From Balanoglossus misakiensis (taxonomy: Eukaryota; Animalia; Hemichordata), in the NCBI GenBank assembly GCA_040954595.2, contig CM082576.2, positions 14,325,129-14,389,128 of the forward strand: a stretch of DNA of 64,000 bases, written 5' to 3'. A program made the translations under genes and the position numbers. The first letter of the stretch is position 1; the number at the start of each line of letters is the position of its first letter. Under the pieces are notes generated by a model. The model was not told the DNA's origin and did no database searches. It was given only the letters and a program-made list of their open reading frames with translations. Positions 27,942 through 40,222 of the stretch are shown here, piece by piece.

Positions 27942-29140
27942 GATATCTCTCTTTGCGTCCATAACGCTATAGCTACTGCTGGTATAGAGTTCAATCAAAA
28001 CGCCCCCATCTTTTTCCGTCGACAGAAAGAGGGTGGTAGTCTCACCGGACGTGTTTGGCAAGCAGCATCAGCGGGATAGCGGTATTGCTTAAAGATCGAC
28101 GCCCTCACTGTTAAGATTTATACGGGTATAGGTTGAAAACAGAAAATGCATCGTTCGTTCATAGAAGATAAATTTTCACGGCAGAAGGAGGCATTTATTT
28201 CAATATAGGCTGCTTTAGACAAGAATTCAACAAACATAGGGAAATTAGGCCTTCGAAGAACGATGGTGACCTCGGGATGAACCAGTCAGTCAACCTCAAC
28301 CATGAAATCAATGTTGACAGACTTTAGCCGAAAATAAATTGCTCTACACAAATACTGGTCACAACGTCCACAACAGAAAAACGTCAATGAACTTGACCGT
28401 TCCTCAATTTTTATTGCCGTTGACGCACCTTGCAACCGGATAGGTAGAGCCAAGTCGTTTACCTTCAGTTGTAAAAGCATCGCCGAAATTGTTGCTGTAT
28501 TCAGTATATTGAAAAACAAATACCGGTACAATAAATTTGCTGCGTAAGATTTAGTAGACATCTGAAGTGTCGTGGGGTTTTCATCGCAGAGACCTGTCAT
28601 GCTAAAATGAACGGATGAACTTTACCATACTTATACAAAAATTGCACCTTTGGGGCATGCTGATTGGTTTGTATGTTAAATTACAAAAAAAACCTTGTTA
28701 ATCTAGTTCAAAATGTTTAAAGAAAACCTCTTCTCATCGTAAGTTTTTTTTGCACGAGAATTATTTATCGGAGCCAAATTAAGCGTGGCCTTTTTACATT
28801 CAAAATTTTTGTTTTCATGTTTTCAATAAATGCGACCGGATACTATAATAGTAGTCGCCACGCCCCATTGTTCGCACATAGGCCAGGGAAGATGTGTTGA
28901 GAAAACAATTATAAATTTGAAGTGTTTGTAAAGTTGGTACGGCAAAGCCATAAAATAAATCCCATGGGTCGTTAAATTGATCAAATATTATAATGATCGC
29001 ATCGGACAATTATTCTTCGCCATTTCACGTCACTGTGAAGACACGAACTTTGCCACGCATTCATATGTGTGATATGTGTGGCCGATATTATTGAATGCGT
29101 ACAAGTTGAATAATTTCTTGCAAACTAACGCACGCACACG
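27942..29140. repeat. Diverged ~1.2-kb block, copy A (same orientation as 53692-55065); possible decayed gene on - strand
   Basis: Shared strings such as GATTTAGTAGACATCTGAAGTGTCGTGGGGTT and TTTGTAAAGTTGGTACGGCAAAGCCATAAA; both copies give peptides MTGLCDxNPTTLQMSTKSY and YGFAVPTLQTLQIY interrupted by stops and frameshifts. Confidence 0.75.
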
Positions 29141-29537
29141 CGCACACAGACTACTCTGGAGATTGTTGACTACCCTCACAACATGATCATTACGGCATAC
29201 CAGCGCCAGTTTATTCCCTGCCCACGCTGCATTGACTCACCCAGCCATTTGTCATAATCGCCTCAATACGTAAGTTTTTGAGTAGATGAACGCGGTTTTC
29301 GTAAAGGTGTCTTTTTGGCAAATTACCAGATAATGAATTTGTCACAAAATTAAAGTTCGGAATTGCGATAGAAGCGAGCGAACATGACCGAATGTATATG
29401 GATGTGGTATGTGTTTTCTACTTCTTTTTTTATTGCTAGCTTTTCTTTCTTTACATCAAAGTTGAATACAAGAGGGGAAACATACATTGACACACACATA
29501 TATAAATGAAGTTGTACATTTGAAGAGAAATCACACC

Positions 29538-29870
29538 TTAAGGATGTACGTTCAGTAAAATTGAAAGTATTGTCATTTTTTTAATTGTGGATTTTTGGAT
29601 TCTCCTTTGTATGTATAATGAAAATCCGTAATAAAATATAGGGGTCACTGTGCTTGTTTATGGAATACAGAGCCATGAATTTAGTCGATAATAGAAGAAA
29701 ATTGCTGACTCAGTATTTTTCACCAAAGCTTTGTCTATGGGCAAAATTTTAAACGCAATTTATCTCAAAATAGAGCGCGGTGACCCCTATATTTTATTTG
29801 ACCAATGAATTTATATTTGATGGACTGAGCTATGTGTAAAATTTCATGAAAATGACAATACTAGAAGTTT
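29538..29870. mobile_element. Truncated TTAA-type DNA transposon relic with internal inverted repeats
   Basis: Starts TTAAGG; inverted pairs AGTATTGTCATTTT / AAAATGACAATACT and AATAAAATATAGGGGTCAC / GTGACCCCTATATTTTATT; a similar end occurs at ~48357. Confidence 0.45.
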
Positions 29871-30570
29871 GTTTTCTAGCAATTTTCAATATAATCCTAT
29901 GGAAAAAAGACGAGTGCGCGCAGTTTTCCGCTTTATATGTTCTGCTTGTCTAAAAAACTTTCTATATGAATATTACTCGTTTCTTTTCGCAATATACATT
30001 TCAGACTGCTTCCATGGTAGCTCTAATATTTAACGTAACCAAGTTCAAGAGGGAATAATCTGTTTATATTTTACAGTCAAACATCGTTTTATCATATACC
30101 ATCAGTTATAGATGGTTTAGAAAATCTGAGAGTAGTAAAGTGCCACTCAAAAAGATTTGTTTCGAAGATAACTTTAGTGGGGCTTCAATCGAAGAACCCC
30201 GTAACAAAATAAAACCATTCCAAATACACTGAACACTCTCAAATGCATCAAAGTTTCTTTCTGTTTGTTCACAAAAGGTTCAAACGCTACGGGTTGTTGG
30301 GGGATCATTCTATGTATATATTTGTATAAATTAAATTATGTACTAGTTTCCATTGAAAATTTTGTAATTTGGACTACAAACTATTGGACTACAAGACTTG
30401 CAACAGTTTTAGTCAATTTGATACATTTGTACACGTCCATACGAACATATGAACAGACCCAATCTTGTAAATGAATCAATATACGCCAAATTATTTAAGC
30501 CAATGTGGTTAAGAACGGAATGGCGATACAGAATGGTTAACCTTAGATAAATACCCAAAACCCCAACACT

Positions 30571-33500
30571 TTACTCACAACAAACGCGTTCAAATCTCCA
30601 ACACACATCGCCCATTACATCGACCAAATCCGCATTCCAAGCGAAGACGTCGCCGTTGAGGGCGCCGTTACAGTCACGTTTGACTTCGGCAACTTCGTCG
30701 GCACTCAGAACTCTGGACCACATGTTGAATTCCGTCAGACTGCCGAGGAAAGCGTGCGCTTCATCGAATGACCCTCCAAACGAGTCTTGGTCTTGTCCGA
30801 AAACTATAAGGCCGCCGCCAGAAATCTTGCTGCCCTTCCTGAGTCCCGTACCGTTGCTAACCATAACACCGTTGCGGTAGTATTCCCAGTTCCCCTGTGC
30901 TGAAGACCACGTGACGCACAGGTGTGTCCATTTACTGCCAATGTCTCCGCCCGCTGACGTTTTCTTCCAATATTCTTTGATGTCAAAATTGTGTTTGCTG
31001 TCCATACAGAAGTCGTCAGGCGTGCCGGTTTCTGAACTGTACGACACCAAAGTAAGTCCTTTTACGTGTGACCCTTCACTTGTACTTTTTGCCCAGATGC
31101 AGAACGTCAAATCAGTGAGTTCGGGAACAGAGGCATTGGCCACTATCCTGTTATACTTGCTCTCCAATGCAAGCGTTTTACTTTCTGCAACCAGAAAAAA
31201 ATATATATAGTATTGGACCATGCAGATTGAAATAGCAATAGGCCTACATATCATGGTGGGGGGAAGTAAGCTCATGCACGTGGCTACATCCGGGGAATCG
31301 CCGCTCAGCCTCACAAAACAAAGAAATGCGCCCGGTGATATCATGAGTTAAATTTGCGCCAGTTCAATCCATGGTGAACCCGGTGGTATAGGTATGTTGT
31401 GTTCCGCTCCAGAAATAAAAAAATCGGACACTGCACATGTACCTCCCAAATTGCAGTACATGCACTTTCTTTTGTCAGTGGTGTCCCTTTAATAAACGAC
31501 GATTGCAATGCTGCTACTTTTTGAGCGTAGACCCTTTCTTACCACAGTCATTTCTGCGTGGATTGGGTTCTTGCAGTTCTCCACCGCAATGGTGTCTCAT
31601 ATCGACAGGTGAAGGGTCGTCGCAGTTTCTTGTTCTTCTACGTTCTCCCGGCTTTGTTTTCGACCAGTTACACGCGCCCCAACGTCCCCATTCCTTCCAC
31701 CTGCCATCTGCAAGAGAGTAGAACAGAATCTAAGTTCATTGGTCTTTCACACTGTTATTGTGACAAAAATTTGCAAAAAATATTGCAATATTGCAATGTT
31801 GGGCAGCATATTATTGTGGCCTTTGTTGTAAAAGCGGACGTTTCAGAAAAAAATATTCCATCATTAAAACGTGTGAATTCAACGTTCATCGCTCTTTTTC
31901 GAACACCGAAGATATTAAACCATGTTTCACACACTCACAGCAATCGCATTGAAGTTCGACGTCGCCCATTATATCGAGTGGACATGTTCCCCACGCAAAG
32001 ATGTCGCTGCTCATGGACCTGTCAAAACCACGTGCTATTTCAGATATTTCGTCACCACTCAAGACGCTGGACCACATGTTGAATTCTTTCAGACTACCCA
32101 GAAATGCTTCAGACGCGTTAAACCCCCCTCCAACAAAACGCTGCCGTTGTCCCAGGACTAGAACGCCACCACCGGCGACCGTTTCACCACTCCGGAGATT
32201 CTCACCGCCTCTGAAGAAGGCACCGTCGTGATAGTATTTCCATACTCCGTCACGTGAGGACCACGTGACACAGACGTGATGCCACGAACCGTCGTTTACA
32301 TTCAATGACGTATTTTTCCTTTTTGATTTGATTACGATTTGTAGCCCACTTGTGTCTAGCATAGCGAATTCGTTGCCTTTGCTGACTATTGCCCCGTATG
32401 ACATAAGAGTTCCTGGTCTGTTGGTCTTGGCAGGTTTCACCCATATACAGGACGTCAAAGCACTTATATCAGGAAAACGCACCCAGGTCAGGATTTTCGT
32501 GTCGGGACTCGTCAATTCAAGAGTTTTTTTAGTTTCTGAAATAAACGAAAAAGATCATGGCATGCACATATTGAAAGATTGAGACCAGCTCTTCCGCGGG
32601 GAGATGGGTGTTTTGCAAATGTAGGTTTGAATTCATGTAGTGCGAATAAATCATGGGTCGTTTTATTTGTAGTTTCTGGCTTACCACATAAAGTTCTGCA
32701 AGGAATGGTTTCCTGGGAGTCTCCACTGCAGCCACGGTCGCCACTTGCTGGTGCTGCAGGGTTGTTGCAGTTTCTGGTTCGTTTGCGATCTCCCCACTTT
32801 GTTTGAGACGAGATACAGCTACTCCAACCTCCCCACGCTCCCCAGCCACTCTCTATACAAGACAACATATACACAACACCAAAAACTCATCCTGGTAAGC
32901 AATGAAGTTGATGTCCTTCTAGTCTGGTATATCCAGACCCCAATGTACCTTAGATAGACTCACAAAACACACTGGGGTCTGGGTACCAGAGTAATGTCCG
33001 TCTTGCAACATAATTTAATCCGTCAAAGGGACGCTAGTTACATCACAACTCCCAGCAAGGGGTATCAGGTTGTGTTGGGCCAGTGCCCTGCACGACTCTA
33101 GACGTAGTTATGGAACCAAAGCTGACGAAATACGGCTATAGATACTAGACTACCACACGCGTGGCTACATGGATTTAAGTTAACTTTTCGCAAATTTTTG
33201 TTTCGTTCACACACTATAAACCACTCACAAAGCTACGGTAACTGTCGTTCATGCATCTTGCTATTTTTGTAGAAAATGTCAACAATGCTGTAACGGTTTA
33301 AAAGCCTGTCATTATTTTTTTTATAGGAATGGCTGCATTGTACACCGTCTATTTGATGTTCCGCATTTGGAGACATTAATCAGTGAAGACACCATAGCTT
33401 TCATCGTTTACCAGTTACTGACCAGCAAGTTAGTTTCAACTTTATGCTATTTTCTCTAACACTGTTTTGCAATAAAGCGACCAAGGTTAGAATCACGGCT

Positions 33501-36500
33501 TTGGAAACTTAAATATGCTTATAGAAACGGAAGGAAGTCACTATGTTTTTTTTATTCCACTTAGGGAGCATTCGTTTTTTACAGGGAGGGGGGGGGGGCC
33601 GGTGGAATTTGAGTCGCCGACTAAATGTAAAAGGCAACCCCCCCTCGAAATTACTTTTCTAAAATGTGTCCCCCCCTAAATTCTTCAATTGTAAAATGTG
33701 ACCCCCCCCTCAAAAAAAAAAAGTTTATCCACCGGATTAAACTTATCAAACTTTGTCAGATATTTAGACTGACCATTGTTATTGTTGACATATGATTCTA
33801 TTCAGAATTACATTCATTCTATCTTGTAAAAAAAGAAAAACAGCACTCCCATGAAAAGAATTTGAAATTGATGTTTCCCCTCATCAGTGGGTATTAAAAC
33901 TGAACATTGTTTTTATTTTTTAAGTATTTGTATTCTGTGTTGGGAGACATTGTAAACCGAGAATTGAAGGGGGTGGGTTTGGGAGGGGGTGTCCCCCTCC
34001 CACGTAAGAAAATTGTATAAAATACAGAGCTCAAAGCTGCATTTTAATGAACCCGGCAAAAGCAAATTAATGTTGCCGCTCCAAGTTATCATGGGGTGGG
34101 GGCAAGTCCCCTGACCTGGGACACTATAGATAAACCAGTCAATGATTGAAAGGTGTTGATGAGGGGTGGGTGTGGGAGGGGGGTTCCCCCTCCCACATTA
34201 GAAAATTTTGTAAAATAAAGGGCGCGAAACTGCATTTTTGCGGACTCAAAATAAACATTTAGTCGTCAAAATTTGCTATAATTCCATACAAATCTGTTGT
34301 AAAAATTGTCCCCCCCCAAACCATTGATTATAAAATTTGTCCCCCCCATAAAAACTGCTTTGTAAAAGTAAACCCCCCCCCTGATTTCCACCGCCCCCCC
34401 CCCTCCCTGTAAAAAACGAATGCTCCCTTATCTATGGGGACATCCTTACCGGTGTTCAACACGTTCTCTCGAGTGCTCCTTCCGTCGACAAGAAATTGTC
34501 GAATCTTTGAATAGTGCAAGTAGCGTTCGTGAGATATCGGTGGCGCCGACGAACGTTGACGAGTTTCAAACGGCGACACTGAAAGGGAGGAATACCGGAT
34601 AATGTCAAACTCCCATGCACCGCGTGTTTATTTGTTTAATATTACAAATGTATATTATACCATGCAACCGTCCGCCATTCTGAAATGGTAAAATACTGTT
34701 TTCGGCGACTGGCAGTGGTAAAACGGGGCCCTGAACTAACATGCAGCAGGGAAATGTGCGGTTAAACCACAGTCGTGTGGGGTTAAACTAAATACATAAA
34801 ATAAAAAATACTGTTTCATCTTTGAACTGCTCTGTCGAAATATTTGTCGTTCGATTCCTGTCTTGTCACTTGTTGTCGTCTGCTTTATGTTTAATGCTCG
34901 ATCCCAGGCTCTCGTGTTAACATTCATCGATCGTCGCCATGTTGGTTCGTGTATACCCGTCCGCGGCGGGAGTTATTGCTTAATTCACTGTATATGAGGA
35001 AAATATGGCATTGCTCTATGACCACTTTATATGTGAACCGGTGAAGATGACACTAGCGGCAAATGAGTAGGACACACACCATGAAATTGCTGCAACTGGT
35101 GCATTGGATTTTGGAAATCATACTCACACTGGCACTTATGGACATTGCACTTTTTGTAGTCGCTTCCTCGCCCTTTACAAGAGTCAAGGCCGAAATCATC
35201 AGATAAATTTTCACACACTCTTTCCCTCTGCTGATAACCCGTACCACAAGTAACTGTGCAGTCCGACCAAGATGCCCAAGTACCCCAGGTTGGTGGTATG
35301 ACTATACAAGGAAGGGTAAACAAAATTCCAATGTTAATATATGTCTGTTGTTAGTTGTCTATGCTTTTCTGTTTGTCTTTACACCTAGCTATGTAATATG
35401 AAATATGACCTGCGTTTTTAATAGGAATTGGTATGATCTCATTTTTTGGGGAAATATTTGGGTCAATGCCCAATCGAATAAAACATTCACCTTCAATGTC
35501 TTGGTTTGTGTGTGCTTGGTATTTTTTGTGTGTGTTTTTTATTGTTTTTTTGTTGTTGTTTTTGTGTTGTTGTTTTTTTCCGGGGTGTCATATGCCTACT
35601 TTCGAGGGAGAATATAGACCATTTTAAGCTCGTGCAAATTACCAACCAGTTACTGTCAGAGAAGCATCAACAATGAGATTTACGACACGACTTTCTTTGA
35701 TCAACTTCTTGAATGAGTTTTTTCTGATATTTATCTGTGCTATTTGTCATAAACAGACACTTGGTGTATGTTTGTACACACCTGGCATTTCACACGTCTC
35801 TCCTGTGAAACCCGTCCCAACTTTACAAACACACAAGAATTCCGCAGGCGATTTCGCCACACACCAGCCATTATTGTTACAAGGATTGCTCGCGCATGGC
35901 GTTCTTTCAAGTCCATAGTGTCCCACCTGTTGAAAAAAAGTAAGGGTTACTCTATAACCTGACCATTGTTTCTAGCTCGAACGCTCTTCCGAGATGTACC
36001 ATGAGTTTTTTATTTGGTGGTGATAGGTAAATAAGAAGTTAAAATGCAAATAAGCTAGAATAATGTGTTTAGCCTTTCTTTAGTTTTGTAACCTGAATCT
36101 ATACCCAATGGACTTATATACATGCATGCAAGCATAAAGCTTCGGGTTACGCCACCTGCCAGCAAAAATTGCTTTCGTTTAATAAGGTGATTTATTACCA
36201 TGTGGATTTGTAAAGAAGTGGGTGTATAAGTTAAGTATAGCCTTTAAAGAGTATGACTGCAATGAAAAATATGTTTAAAAGTATAGCCTGTGTGTCCCAG
36301 GGACATATTCTTAAAACAAAAAATTGTACTTTCCTTTCCATGCAGTATACCGCTATTGCCGGAGGCCAAAGGTATTGCAATGGACGCTATTTATCTAAAG
36401 TGTGCCTCTAAAGCAGAGACCCAATAGATTGCCACAAATAAACACTTGCAACACATGAAAAATGGATATTCCCAAGATGCTCTCTATACTTACATGGTAA

Positions 36501-37700
36501 CCGATATTGAAGATCATTGTATACGAAAATGATGCACCTAGGGGACTCGGTTGGCTAAACGTGCATGATACCTTTAACTACAACCGTAATAGCTGAAGGG
36601 CCTGCAGACTCTATAGGTACAACTAACGTAAATGCATTTACCATGTAGCACTATTAAAATATGTCTGGTTATGTTCGAAAACAGAAAATAAAACTTTCTA
36701 ATATTTCAGTGTCCTTCGGAAAGCAATCATCCCCTTTGTTCTGAATGAAACCCTCCTGGTATTAGATAGGCCCGAGAAAAAGGAACCATTCACCGACATT
36801 GTTTTCTATACCTACTTCCAACTCAATTTATAGTTCGCGAACATCAAAGAAGACTACCGTTTAATCAAGGAAGCCGTCCCTATTGTCAATGCCCACAGCC
36901 ATCTTGCATGAAATCAAGTAATCTGCTCGCAGTCACAACCGTAGCTTGTATTTGTTTCATTATCCCCAACTGAGTTTTGAAATTGTGTTGACTACTGAAA
37001 CGATCGTCCCTCATGGCCGTCGAAAAGTGAAAACCGTCAAAAAGCATTTTTTCTTGGGGGGGGGGGGGCTATGAAGACACACGAACAGTCCCGAAATGCA
37101 TACGGATTTTGCCGATAAAATTCATGCTAGCACTCCAGTCGATTCTGTTTAGATTTTAGGGTATGAAGAAGTCAGCCACACTGATACGAAGCGGCATCAT
37201 ATAATGTAAACAAAAGGATATTTTCAGAAACTAATTCTTTTCTAAAACTCAATATATAAATACAGCTGAATATTTTGAATTGTACATTTAAGATATATCA
37301 ATTAAAATGTCTAAGTGAGTATACATTGAAATACATTGTAGACCTCAAACAAGTGTCCTGTCATCAACAGTCAAACAAATGAAGAAGGGAAAAGCGACAA
37401 TACCTGATCTGGTTGTTCAAAAAACAACTTTTCTGTCTGCCTTGCTGGTAGCTCTTCGGGATCGTTGTGGAGATAGCACATTTCGGCCTGGTCGTCGAAT
37501 GACACGTGTGTACACATTTCTCCGTGTCGGAGGCATTCGACAGCACACACTTTTCTCGACGTTTGCATCGGATAAACAAATCGCGAGCCGCTACTGGCGT
37601 GTGAGCTGTTATCAACGCGCACGATTTCCGTTTCGCCGCCTATTAACCGGCTGCACAAACACCAACACAGTAAACGCGTGAGAACGCAGCGATGATGCAT
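30571..37700 (-). CDS. Secreted multidomain protein: signal peptide-PAN/Apple-EGF-TSP1-linker-TSP1-pentraxin-TSP1-pentraxin (8 exons, ~762 aa)
   Basis: Exons 37700-37404 (signal peptide + PAN: CAVECLRHGEMCTHVSF...CYL), 35926-35782 (EGF: PCASNPCNNNGWC...CVCKVGTGFTGETCE), 35301-35128 (TSP1 WGTWASWSDCTVTCGTG..RERVC), 34578-34450 (linker), 32852-32685 (TSP1), 32535-31939 (pentraxin, WHHVCVTWSS), 31707-31543 (TSP1 WKEWGRWGAC..RRRTRNC), 31184-30571 (pentraxin, WTHLCVTWSS, GQDQD). All junctions GT-AG; total 2289 nt in frame. Confidence 0.8.
32920..32993. mobile_element. Tiny TA-flanked MITE
   Basis: TAGTCTGGTATATCCAGACCCCA ... TGGGGTCTGGGTACCAGAGTA imperfect inverted ends. Confidence 0.55.
33564..34427. 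mobile_element. PIF/Harbinger-type non-autonomous element (864 bp)
   Basis: TTA target-site duplication on both sides; ~45-bp TIR GGGAGCATTCGTTTTTTACAGGGAGGGGG...; internal ~75-bp direct repeat at ~33967 and ~34161; intronic. Confidence 0.85.
34735..34983. mobile_element. Interspersed repeat, same family as 47815-48193 and 45205-45314
   Basis: Shares CCACAGTCG.GTG.GGT, GATCGTCGCCATGTTGGTTC and the terminal CGTGTATACCCG..GCGGCGGG.GTTATTGCTTAA. Confidence 0.7.
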
Positions 37701-38969
37701 TTCAATTCCGTACCAGTGAATTTCACTAGCTTTTACTTAAACCGAATATTACAACGAATGACTCGCTGTCACTATACCAAACATTATTATAACAAACGAC
37801 TCATTTTAATGACATGTATAATGAAGATACAGACAGTCCAATAGGGTAGCTCGTTTTATCCATCCATTTATAGACAGCGCTGGGTTGTCCGATCTCGCAT
37901 CTGTCACTTTCACTTACCGTTGTCGGTGGAGGGATGGCCCACTCTTTAGGTCAAAGAGAAAACAATGTGTGTTTCTTCGGGGCAAAGGCGGCAAGGGAAT
38001 TATATTTAAAACTCACCTGTGACATTCTACAATACCTTTAGGACAGTGAATGCAGAATTATTGCATAAGGACTGTCACTGATGAATTTAAACACAAAGTT
38101 ATCTTCAGAATTATTACACGTAGCTTTATAACAAATAATTTAGGCTGCCCTCTCAGCAGATAATGCTGATCAGAGAAAACCAAACAAGGTCAACTTTCCG
38201 ATTAAAAATACCAATTCACAAACAGTAACCATCTTGTTTGACCAAAGTCCCTCTTTTTCGGTTAATGTATTTCTGATAAGTGAGTGTGACAGTTATGGGT
38301 GAAAATAAAAGTTTACTGGTTTTTCTCTAAGTCGATAACAATGTCGACTGTTCCTGACAAACAGATGCCTGAAAAGACATGATGGTTTATTCCCATTGGA
38401 ATTAAAATGTACTCTGAATTCATATACTTTTTATATATGACCACTGGTCCGATTGCTTAAAATTTAATCTGCAGGTTTCTAGCGGTGACCTAAGTAAATC
38501 TTGTTCAACTCGTGGAAAAAATTGCATGATTGTTTGTTTGGGCAGTTAAGTATGACACACAGAGAAGAACAAGCAACTGAAATTGTTGAGCAATTTTAAG
38601 TGTACAGTTATACAGCTAATCACCGTGACGGGCTGTGTACATTGTAGATCTCGTCAACCACATATTTTAAATGTTGTTGTCACGCAGAAGAGGTGCGCCA
38701 CCACTTGCTCAGTCGAATACTTAGACAGGCAGGTGATTGTTTACCTTTAATGCTCACTATTTCAATTTTCACCTTGCGTCTTCCATTTAAATCTGAACAC
38801 ATGGTCACGTCGAATAATTTTACCTTGCACATTTTCCTGGGAGGTGTGGAAGAAGTAATTAGAGAAATGACATCAAACTCGTGCCCCCGAAAGAAGATTA
38901 ACAACCAGAGACGGGGTCAATGTCTCACCACAGTCTGTGTCGCTTCGATCCTCGGTTACACTCGTGTCT

Positions 38970-39083
38970 AATCTGATTAAAATCAGATGTAGCGTACGGC
39001 GACGTGTGAGGCGACAGCATACGAATACCGCACCGCGTTAGTAAAATACGTCACCGTATCCTACGTCTGATTTTAATCCGATT
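38970..39083. repeat. Imperfect palindrome (~35-bp arms)
   Basis: AATCTGATTAAAATCAGATGTAGCGTACGGCGACGT ... ACGTCACCGTATCCTACGTCTGATTTTAATCCGATT. Confidence 0.75.
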
Positions 39084-39240
39084 GACTGGTGTCAAGAGAC
39101 TTAAACGCGTAGCAGATTGAAGATGGAATACATTGGTTTCCCACAAGGTTCAATTGCTTTACACGACAGTAACGAAATTCGTTGCAATTTTTATGTATCG
39201 CATTCTAAACTGCATACGCCATGTATGGAGCAATTGGGAT

Positions 39241-39440
39241 ATTATGAGGTTATTACGAAAATACCGCAAAGTATGCACGAGGACATTAGCGCCTAGTATC
39301 GCCCAACGCGCAGCGGAGGGCGATGCACTACGCTATAAATGTCCGAGTGCATACTTTGTGGTATTTTCGTAATAACCTTATTATTATACATCTTACATCT
39401 CCGTTAGTTCTTGTGGTGCATGTTACTTGGCTTTCAAAAC
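39241..39440. mobile_element. Hairpin-bearing interspersed repeat, near-identical to 56718-56915
   Basis: Arms AGGTTATTACGAAAATACCGCAAAGTATGCAC / GTGCATACTTTG.GGTATTTTCGTAATAACCT around the loop ATCGCCCAACGCGCAGCGGAGGGCGAT, plus a shared 55-bp tail. Confidence 0.8.
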
Positions 39441-40222
39441 ACCCAAAATGGCGATACAATCTCAAATATTGCGACACAGTGAGACAGATACACTCAGACT
39501 GTTAGACACACAGACAGACATTGGTACGACGTGAGGTCCCGTGTTAGGCACATGGTATCCAATGCTTTATCTTGTAATCGATCTGACCAAGTTGTTTGGA
39601 CAACATATAGAATTTGTGATAAATTGTTCAGATACATCAGTCTAAAACACTAGGTCATTGAGGTCTGGGCAACAGAATTAAAGAATCAACATTATGAGGT
39701 ACGCAATTCTCATATTTTAACATAAGTACGTTTTGGTTTGACATGTTTGTGCAGTTTTACCACGGAAAGGTAGGCCTATGACAAATGTGATATTTTGTGC
39801 CATTTAATAGAACGGCCTTAAGCGAAAATTCGCGTTTTTGTATGTGGTTATAAGTATATATGCTGATGACCATGAAGACCGATACAAGCATTTTCAGTAA
39901 ATTTGACATCGATTCACCACGAACTACACTGACAACTAAATGTTCTGTTAATATTCTGACGATAGTTGGGAAGGATAATAAAACAACGTGCCAGAATGTT
40001 GAAAAATCCGCATGTTTCGGCGATTATGTTGGCTCATTTTTCAAAAGCCAAATATAAGCCAGGAGAGCAAAATAGGGTAGATCCTTCATGAAACATCCCA
40101 ATTTTAGCACTAGTAAGAATGTTTAGGCGAAGAATAACATCCATATTGCACAGATCACGCGCAGAGGTCATGAAGTTCTGTCAAATTATTATGGTGGAAG
40201 GTCCAAGCTGTATAGTAGAGAC

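Noticed and set aside
39500-40185. 5' LTR, PBS or gag of the Gypsy element
   Set aside because: No copy of the 44028-44617 LTR and no gag-like ORF upstream; the region is made of other repeats.
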